Virus record (IMG/VR): IMGVR_UViG_3300017698_000052
Location: 1-35,531 of that record
Direction: 5' to 3' (one strand)
DNA from: a virus
Length of the DNA: 35,531 nucleotides
A program made the position numbers and the translations under genes. Below are positions 16,591 through 22,527 of the stretch, piece by piece (positions within the stretch are counted from its first letter, which is position 1; every line of letters starts with the position of its first letter). The notes beneath the pieces were generated by a model, which worked only from the letters and a program-made list of their open reading frames with translations, was not told the origin of the DNA and did no database searches.

Positions 16591-16651
16591 TTTTTCTTTT
16601 CTCTCCCCTCCCCCTCCCCGTAGGGGAGGGGAGGGAGAGGGAAAGAAAAAA
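16591..16651. terminator. 61-nt polypyrimidine/polypurine hairpin (bidirectional terminator or origin-associated structure)
   Basis: TTTTTCTTTTCTCTCCCCTCCCCCTCCCC-gta-GGGGAGGGGAGGGAGAGGGAAAGAAAAAA. The arms are near-perfect complements and are homopyrimidine and homopurine. Confidence 0.55.
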
Positions 16652-16754
16652 CCGCTGCCGGGCCGAGGCGAGAAATCAAAGAAACCGGACACGCCAGATT
16701 AGGGGGTGTCAATCACATGAACACGGAACCACCAAAATAGGGGGCAATGCAAAG

Positions 16755-16838
16755 ATGACCCAAGGCATCCTCACCGGCATCGCTGCCGCCGCACTCACGA
16801 TCGCATGGGCCGTCTGGCCGAGGGAGGGGGATAGGTGA
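16755..16838 (+). CDS. Possible 27-aa single-TM micropeptide
   Basis: ATG at 16755 with AGGGGG upstream. Product MTQGILTGIAAAALTIAWAVWPREGDR. Its stop overlaps the next GTG start. Short, so weak. Confidence 0.25.
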   Translation: MTQGILTGIAAAALTIAWAVWPREGDR

Positions 16839-17239
16839 CCAACTCCCGAGCCAAAGGCAAGACCGGCGAACTGGGGGCACGCAAGGTGCTCGAGCCCATC
16901 ACCGGCATCAAGTGGCGACGCACCCAGCAGCACAGCGCGGCGGGCGTCGTCGGCGACATCGAGCCCGACGGCTACCACCCCGTCTGGTCACGGCTTCACG
17001 TTGAGGTCAAGAACGTCGCGGCCATGAAGATCGGCACCCAACTCTGGCGGGACGCGATGGCGCAGGCCGAACGCGACTGCCCACGCGGATCGGTGTGGGT
17101 GGTGCTGTTCAAAGAGCGGCGGGGAACGTGGATGCTCTCGTTCGTCCACGCGGGCATGCCCGTCACCGTGGCACCGGACGAGATGGGGCCAGCCCTGCAG
17201 CTCATCGCGGGGTGGATTGATGCGAAGGAGGCGGCGTGA
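16835..17239 (+). CDS. Hjc-like PD-(D/E)XK nuclease (Holliday-junction-resolvase-type)
   Basis: SRAKGKTGELGARKVLE...GDIEPD...LHVEVKN (E...D...E-x-K arrangement), then VWVVLFKERRGTWMLSF, as in Hjc-type resolvases. Confidence 0.5.
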   Translation: MTNSRAKGKTGELGARKVLEPITGIKWRRTQQHSAAGVVGDIEPDGYHPVWSRLHVEVKNVAAMKIGTQLWRDAMAQAERDCPRGSVWVVLFKERRGTWMLSFVHAGMPVTVAPDEMGPALQLIAGWIDAKEAA

Positions 17240-18234
17240 GGGCCTACTACAACGACATCGACCCGTTCGTGTGCGATTGGCTCGAGGAGCTCATCAAAGA
17301 CGGGCAGATCATGCCAGGCGACGTTGACCGGCGCAGCATCAAAGACATCGACCCCGCCGACCTCGATGGCTACTCCCGCGTCCACTTCTTCGCGGGCATC
17401 GGTGGGTGGGATATGGCATTGACCTGGGCCGGGTGGCCCGACGACCGGCAGGTGTGGACGGGTTCGTGCCCGTGCCAGCCGTTCAGCAGCGCAGGGAAGC
17501 GAAGGAGCATCAATGACGACCGAGACCTGTGGCCGGTATTCCATGACCTTATTCGGGCCTGTCGCCCTCCCGTCGTCTTCGGGGAGCAAGTCGCATCCGC
17601 AGAAGTTGTCGGCACTAAGCAAGAGGTTGATTTCGCTCTCGCGGTTCGCGACGGTGAATACGCCAAAGCGAATCGGCTTGCACACCGCCTTGCGAGATCG
17701 GGTGGATTCCATTTCCACCAACGGTGGATCGACAGAGTATGTGCAGACCTGGCGGAGTCGGGCTACGCCTTCGACTTTGACGTACTGGGCGCACACAGCG
17801 TCGGCGCGCCACACATCCGGCAGCGGCTGTGGTGGGTGGCCGACGCCGAAAGCGAACGACGCTCCGCAAGCAACGGTGAACAACAGGTCATCGAAATTCA
17901 ACCCCGGCATAACGCTCGTGGATGTTGCGAGGATGCTGGCGGGCTGGGCCACACCGACTGCGGGGGACGGGAGCAAACTGGACACGGCATCACCGTCCGC
18001 GATCGAGAAGCGGTACAGGGATGGTCGGCAGGTTGGGGTGGCGGTACAGGCGAGATTGTGTGTCACGAACCCGAGCGGGTCGTCTACCGGAGAGCCCCGA
18101 TTGAACCCGGCCTTCACCCTTTGGCTCATGGGGTTCCCAACCGCGTGGGCACACTGCGCGGCGCGGGTAACGCCATCGTCCCGCAGGTCGCGGCGGAATT
18201 CGTAGCGGCGTATCTAGAAACGGAGGCAGCGTGA
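17236..18234 (+). CDS. DNA (cytosine-5) methyltransferase. The ORF is uninterrupted, but the TRD/motif IX signatures lie in the +1 frame (see findings).
   Basis: Motif I FFAGIGG, IV SCPCQPFSSAGKRR, VI VVFGEQV, VIII GAPHIRQRLWWVA, X GNAIVPQVAAEF. Confidence 0.8.
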   Translation: MRAYYNDIDPFVCDWLEELIKDGQIMPGDVDRRSIKDIDPADLDGYSRVHFFAGIGGWDMALTWAGWPDDRQVWTGSCPCQPFSSAGKRRSINDDRDLWPVFHDLIRACRPPVVFGEQVASAEVVGTKQEVDFALAVRDGEYAKANRLAHRLARSGGFHFHQRWIDRVCADLAESGYAFDFDVLGAHSVGAPHIRQRLWWVADAESERRSASNGEQQVIEIQPRHNARGCCEDAGGLGHTDCGGREQTGHGITVRDREAVQGWSAGWGGGTGEIVCHEPERVVYRRAPIEPGLHPLAHGVPNRVGTLRGAGNAIVPQVAAEFVAAYLETEAA

Positions 18235-18515
18235 ACCACACAGACATGCGGACACAGATGGGCGGGGTCAACCACACCGCACCAACCGAAGAAAGGGACC
18301 GAGCAATGGCGGCACTTCGCAACGCGGAGCACATCGAGCACCGGGCGTGCAACAGCATCAATCAGACCCATGTGAACATCAGCAACCGCACCGGCATCCC
18401 GGTCGGCAAGATCATCCGCTCGAGCTGCGGCGGTCCCCCGCTCCCGCCGTCGCACTGGAAGGCGATGATCGCGGCGTACGGCACGGTGCCGGTGGTGGCG
18501 GGGGGTGCGGCGTGA
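18231..18515 (+). CDS. Hypothetical small protein (94 aa)
   Basis: GTGA stop-start overlap with the MTase gene, GGAGG upstream. No confident motif. Confidence 0.4.
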   Translation: MNHTDMRTQMGGVNHTAPTEERDRAMAALRNAEHIEHRACNSINQTHVNISNRTGIPVGKIIRSSCGGPPLPPSHWKAMIAAYGTVPVVAGGAA

Positions 18516-18841
18516 GCATCAAGCCATACCTGATCGGAAAGAACGGCGAATCCGTGCTCATGCGAGACAAGCCCGGCAGCAGGGCGGCGGACCCCGACCG
18601 CGTGCTCGCCGACCTGTGCGACCACTACGGCGCGGACATCGACGAAATCATGGGGCGCGGCACGCTCTCGCCAGCCGTCCGCGACCACCGCATCGCGGTA
18701 ACCGGCATCATGGCGAGCCGCTACGGGTTCGCGGATGACCAGATCGAGGTGGCGATGGACGCCGACGTCGGCAGCGTGGTTTCGCGGCGTCTGGTGTGTG
18801 CGGCCCGATACCCAGGCCTGAAGTACGGGGGTGCGGCATGA
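18512..18841 (+). CDS. DnaA domain IV-like HTH protein (109 aa)
   Basis: GTG at 18512 (GTGA overlap). VLADLCDHYGADIDEIMGRG...VRDHRIAVTGIMASRYGFADDQIEVAMDADVGSVV resembles the DnaA C-terminal DNA-binding fold. Paralogous to the next gene. Confidence 0.4.
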   Translation: MSIKPYLIGKNGESVLMRDKPGSRAADPDRVLADLCDHYGADIDEIMGRGTLSPAVRDHRIAVTGIMASRYGFADDQIEVAMDADVGSVVSRRLVCAARYPGLKYGGAA

Positions 18842-19128
18842 GCCCATCCCGAGCCATCGACCTGCTGCCCGACATCTGCGAGTACCTGGGCGTTGACTAC
18901 GCGGTCGTCACCGAGCGAACCAGCCGGGGCAGGATGACCAAGAAGCCCGAGGCCGTCGCGGCGCGGTACATCCTCACGGTCTACCTGTGCGACGTTGCCC
19001 GCATGTCGTTCCCCGAGTGTGCCGAGGCCCTTGGCTACCGCTCGCACGCATCGACGCTCTCGCACTACCACGTTGCCAAGGCGCTCGGCATCACGGCGAC
19101 GCCCATGCCGAGAGGCGGTGCGGCGTGA
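18838..19128 (+). CDS. DnaA domain IV-like HTH protein (96 aa)
   Basis: ATGA overlap. ICEYLGVDYAVVTERTSRG...AVAARYILTVYLCDVARMSFPECAEALGYRSHASTLSHYHV fits the DnaA_C pattern (R..a.YL...s...ig..lG.r.HsTv.h). Confidence 0.55.
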   Translation: MSPSRAIDLLPDICEYLGVDYAVVTERTSRGRMTKKPEAVAARYILTVYLCDVARMSFPECAEALGYRSHASTLSHYHVAKALGITATPMPRGGAA

Positions 19129-19475
19129 CCACACTACCCGGCATCACCGTGCCCACCGTCGGCGAGACCTGGTTCAAATGCACCGCACGCCGTCCGATGT
19201 TCGCATCCGCCACGATCCGCAAGGTGAGGAAGAACGGCAGCGTGGCCGTCACCCTGCACGGCGAGGTTGGCCCGGACGGCAAGCCGATCGGGGAACGCGA
19301 CGAGGCGTGGGAACTCAACGCCCAACTTCTCGAGGAATGGCACCCGACCTTGGCCGACGCGGTGGACGACCTGCGAAACGTGCTGGTCGAGGAACGCGAC
19401 GCGGCATCGGACATCATCGCGGAGAACGACCGAGATTTGATCCTGCTGAGCAAGTGGGAGGAAGGCGACAAATGA
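19125..19475 (+). CDS. Hypothetical protein (116 aa)
   Basis: GTGA overlap start; coding-like wobble GC. Confidence 0.4.
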   Translation: MTTLPGITVPTVGETWFKCTARRPMFASATIRKVRKNGSVAVTLHGEVGPDGKPIGERDEAWELNAQLLEEWHPTLADAVDDLRNVLVEERDAASDIIAENDRDLILLSKWEEGDK

Positions 19476-19861
19476 GCGAGACACTGACCCTGAACGACTA
19501 CCTGCCGGTGCTGAACCACCCGGAGCACGGCGGGGCGATCTGTGAGGCGGCGGGGGTGGCTATTGAGAAGGACCCACACTGGCCCCTATGGCTAAAGCAC
19601 CACGACTCCGACGACGACAGGACCGTGGATATCGACGAGCCGCTTCAGCAGTACGTCATCGCCGCCCTTCGCGGTGGGCTGCTGAAGTGGATGGCGGAAC
19701 AAGATCGGGCGGTGACACCCACCAAAGACGCTGACCTTGGATGGCGTGTGATGTTCGATGTTTTCGACGAGATGGGGAATGCCTACTTGTTCTGCGTGGT
19801 GGGCGACACCCTCGACGCCGCCATCATCAAAGCCGCCAAGCGGTGCATGGGGGTGGAGTGA
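19472..19861 (+). CDS. Hypothetical protein (129 aa)
   Basis: ATGA overlap start. Internal start of ORF-track entry 18995..19861. Confidence 0.4.
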   Translation: MSETLTLNDYLPVLNHPEHGGAICEAAGVAIEKDPHWPLWLKHHDSDDDRTVDIDEPLQQYVIAALRGGLLKWMAEQDRAVTPTKDADLGWRVMFDVFDEMGNAYLFCVVGDTLDAAIIKAAKRCMGVE

Positions 19862-20061
19862 TGCACGACAAACGACTTCCCGAACTCGCGGTGTCTGACG
19901 ATGAGTGCGAGATGCAGGAAACACACTCGGCCTCTGACGCAGGCACATTCGCTGCGATTGGAGACGACGAGGTTTCGTTGATCGTCCACTCCCACCGCAA
20001 TGCCCGCCGTATCGGCGAGTGGCTAATCGAATGGGCTGACGCAAAGGAGAATCGGCAATGA
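19861..20061 (+). CDS. Hypothetical protein (66 aa)
   Basis: TGATG overlap start, GGAG upstream. Confidence 0.35.
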   Translation: MHDKRLPELAVSDDECEMQETHSASDAGTFAAIGDDEVSLIVHSHRNARRIGEWLIEWADAKENRQ

Positions 20062-20882
20062 CGCACACCCCCAAACTCCAACACGACATCGACCGGTTCG
20101 AGAAAATGCCCGACCTCGGCATCGAACGGCTCGCGCGGGTGAACCACTGGCACCTGCACAACACGGACGGGCAACACGACGCGGGCGACCCGGTGCCGGT
20201 GGAGACGCCGGACGAGTGGCTGCCGGGGACGGTCCACGAGTACGGCAAGAGCGCGTACCCGGTCAACTGGGACGGGCTCCGGTCCCGCATGCCCGATGGC
20301 CCGCGATACCTCGAAATGGAGATCGGGCCGTCGGTGTACAAAGAGGGGGCGGACTTCGCACAACTCGGCTACGTCGGCAAGGTCGCGGGGGTGGTTGAGC
20401 CGGATTGTGTGTACGGCAACAGTTGGAGCCCCGGCCCGTACGACACGGACTCGTTCGCTGAACTCCAAGGCGACATTTCCACCTACGCCCTGATCGGCTG
20501 CCCCGATCGGCTCGCCGTCTCGCTGTACGGCGCGTGGTCGCTGCGGTGGGCTGGCGAGCGTGCCGACAAGATCGCCCGTGCGTGCAGGCTCGCAGACGCG
20601 ATCCAGTGGAAGACCGTGCGGCCCGTGTGCTTCATCTCGCCGTTTGTCGAGAAGACCGCGACCACCCCCGCGCACACGATGGGTGACGACGAGTGGTGGC
20701 GGGTCTGCATGGCGACCCTGGTGCTGTGCTCCGAGGTCGGTGCCGACGCTCTGGTGTGGTGGGATGGCGGCAACCCGCGTGCGGCGTGGACCGACGCGGA
20801 GCAGCGCAAGGTGGACATTATCAACGACGTGTGGGCGATGGCCGCCACCACCCCGACCCCGCCAGACGCGGCGGGGGGATGA
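20058..20882 (+). CDS. Hypothetical protein (274 aa)
   Basis: ATGA overlap start and long coding-like ORF. Trp-rich; no family recognised. Confidence 0.45.
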   Translation: MTHTPKLQHDIDRFEKMPDLGIERLARVNHWHLHNTDGQHDAGDPVPVETPDEWLPGTVHEYGKSAYPVNWDGLRSRMPDGPRYLEMEIGPSVYKEGADFAQLGYVGKVAGVVEPDCVYGNSWSPGPYDTDSFAELQGDISTYALIGCPDRLAVSLYGAWSLRWAGERADKIARACRLADAIQWKTVRPVCFISPFVEKTATTPAHTMGDDEWWRVCMATLVLCSEVGADALVWWDGGNPRAAWTDAEQRKVDIINDVWAMAATTPTPPDAAGG

Positions 20883-20890
20883 GCACACCC

Positions 20891-20922
20891 GGACCATCTC
20901 CCCGGCACCGGGAGAATGGTCC
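20891..20922. terminator. Hairpin closing the early/middle operon
   Basis: GGACCATCTCCCC-ggcac-CGGGAGAATGGTCC, a stem of about 12 bp with one bulge, 9 nt after the stop. No T-run. Confidence 0.4.
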
Positions 20923-20995
20923 AGCCGGGCTCGCACGCGAGAGCGTCCGGGCCTGATTCACACAACCGGGCACAGCCCAGAAAGCGAGTTGAACG

Positions 20996-21271
20996 ATGAG
21001 CGAAGCAACCGATCAGCACACGCGGACATGGAGCGACGTGGACGTAAAGCGGATGGTCAAGGCCGCATACATCGAGGGGTTCCAAGCGGGAACCCCCAAG
21101 ATCGTCCATGTCACGTCCACCATGATGCACCCGAGCGACGTCGGCAGGCTCGCGGACGAGTCGTTCACCAACAGCCGCGCGTTCGATTCGATCGCTGCGT
21201 TCTTCGGTCCCGGTGTGCCCGGATACGACCAACAAGGCGACTCCGCCTTGGTATCGGACGCCCCAGCCTAA
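20996..21271 (+). CDS. Hypothetical protein (91 aa)
   Basis: Isolated ORF between two hairpins; coding-like wobble GC. Confidence 0.4.
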   Translation: MSEATDQHTRTWSDVDVKRMVKAAYIEGFQAGTPKIVHVTSTMMHPSDVGRLADESFTNSRAFDSIAAFFGPGVPGYDQQGDSALVSDAPA

Positions 21272-21276
21272 CCCCT

Positions 21277-21305
21277 TCCCCCGCCCGCCAACCCGGACGG
21301 GGGGA
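21277..21305 (+). terminator. GC-rich hairpin after 20996..21271
   Basis: TCCCCCG...CGGGGGGA arms with a 14-nt loop. Confidence 0.4.
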
Positions 21306-21384
21306 CTTGTCTACCTGTAGCGGACCCGGTGGCCGTTGAAGATCGAATGTTCGGTCGCGGCTGCCGGGGGACCGCAGGTGCGGC

Positions 21385-21417
21385 CTAGCCCGCATCTAGC
21401 CCGCATCTAGCCCGCAC
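21385..21417. repeat. Three tandem 11-bp repeats CTAGCCCGCA(T/T/C)
   Basis: Read directly: ctagcccgcat ctagcccgcat ctagcccgcac. Intergenic, upstream of the late operon. Confidence 0.9.
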
Positions 21418-21463
21418 CCCCACCCAATCCCCGAAAAAACCACTGGCATCACGCCGATAACTG

Positions 21464-21472
21464 TGGTACACT
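21464..21472 (+). promoter_or_regulatory. TGGTACACT, extended -10-like element upstream of the late (envelope/packaging) operon
   Basis: Lies 35 nt upstream of the ATG at 21507. One of four intergenic TGGTACnnn occurrences. Confidence 0.35.
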
Positions 21473-21506
21473 TCGGGCGCACCACGCCGCATCCGTAGAG
21501 GCCCCG

Positions 21507-21719
21507 ATGCGCCGCCGACATCTCGCACCACTGCTGGCAGCCGCTGTGCTGCCGCTTTCTGGTTGCACGCCCCCGCAATCTCGCGCGATCTACACGCCCG
21601 GTTCGTCGTCCGCTGAGCGGGTGACAGGTCCGGGCCAGATCACCACCTACACGCTCACGCCCCCGAAGGTCGAGCCGACCGAGGCCGATCCCGTGCTGAC
21701 GGTGGGGGGTGGGGGGTGA
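21507..21719 (+). CDS. Small lipoprotein (70 aa)
   Basis: Signal peptide with lipobox MRRRHLAPLLAAAVLPLSGC. The mature part is Pro/Thr-rich. Confidence 0.65.
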   Translation: MRRRHLAPLLAAAVLPLSGCTPPQSRAIYTPGSSSAERVTGPGQITTYTLTPPKVEPTEADPVLTVGGGG

Positions 21720-21904
21720 ACAGACTTCTACCCAGCCAACTCCGCGCCCTGATTGCGAAGTACGAAGCGTGCCCCGGAATCGTCCGTGGGATCATCGCGG
21801 CGCACGTCGATCGCGGCGGCGACCAAGACGATGCGATACCCCGCAAATGCGACATCGACGACTACATGCAGACGTTTGATGGCTTCTTTGGGGGCGGGCG
21901 ATAA
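21716..21904 (+). CDS. Hypothetical small protein (62 aa)
   Basis: GTGA overlap start after GGGGG. Confidence 0.35.
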   Translation: MNRLLPSQLRALIAKYEACPGIVRGIIAAHVDRGGDQDDAIPRKCDIDDYMQTFDGFFGGGR

Positions 21905-22524
21905 TGACCCACCCACCCATCGACCCCGCCGTGCAAGCCGCACTCGATCGCGGCTACACCGTCACGATCACCACCAAGGATCTGCCCGCCGTCACCGAAT
22001 CCGCCACCGCCACCGGGCCGGGGCTCAAGGCGAGCGGCAAAGAGGTCGCCACCGACTTCCGGGCCGATGCGCCGATCGTCGAACTCGACGGGGCATCCGC
22101 AAGCGGTGGCAACACCGAGAGCGTCGGCAGCGTCTTGGGCTACGACATCGACTCAAAGCAACTCGAACTCGCCGCGATCGGGCTCGGCGGCATCCTGGTG
22201 ATCTACGCGGTGATCCTCGGCAAGCGTGGCGACATGCGTGGGGCGGGTCTCGCGGCGCTCGCGGGTGCCTGCCTGATCGCCGGTGCGTTCTACCCGCTGG
22301 CGTTCCTCGCCGCTGCGGTGGTTGGCCTGCTGTGGCTCACCCGCTCGAGTTGGTCCGCGTCCGCACTGCCCAAGGTCCGCAAGACCCTGGGCGTGGTCAC
22401 GAACCGGATCGAGGATGACAAAGAGAACGGCCCACCCCTGAAACGGGGCATCGCCAAAGACGCCAAGCGTGCGGGCGTTGATCGGGTGCTGGACAAGGAA
22501 CTGACCAAGGCGGGGGTGAAATGA
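21904..22524 (+). CDS. Membrane protein with clustered TM helices (holin-like candidate)
   Basis: TAATG overlap. Soluble N-terminal part, then LAAIGLGGILVIYAVIL, AGLAALAGACLIAGAFYPLAFLAAAVVGLLWL, then a basic C-tail. Confidence 0.5.
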   Translation: MTHPPIDPAVQAALDRGYTVTITTKDLPAVTESATATGPGLKASGKEVATDFRADAPIVELDGASASGGNTESVGSVLGYDIDSKQLELAAIGLGGILVIYAVILGKRGDMRGAGLAALAGACLIAGAFYPLAFLAAAVVGLLWLTRSSWSASALPKVRKTLGVVTNRIEDDKENGPPLKRGIAKDAKRAGVDRVLDKELTKAGVK

Positions 22525-22527
22525 CCC

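Noticed and set aside
16425-16754. 137-aa ORF spanning the post-replicase gap
   Set aside because: It runs straight through two large hairpins and AT-rich DNA. Only its last 27 codons (16755..16838) have an RBS and a plausible TM peptide.
21385-21417. Tandem repeats considered as a CRISPR array or minisatellite
   Set aside because: The units are contiguous 11-mers with no spacers. No other repeat-spacer structure exists in the window.
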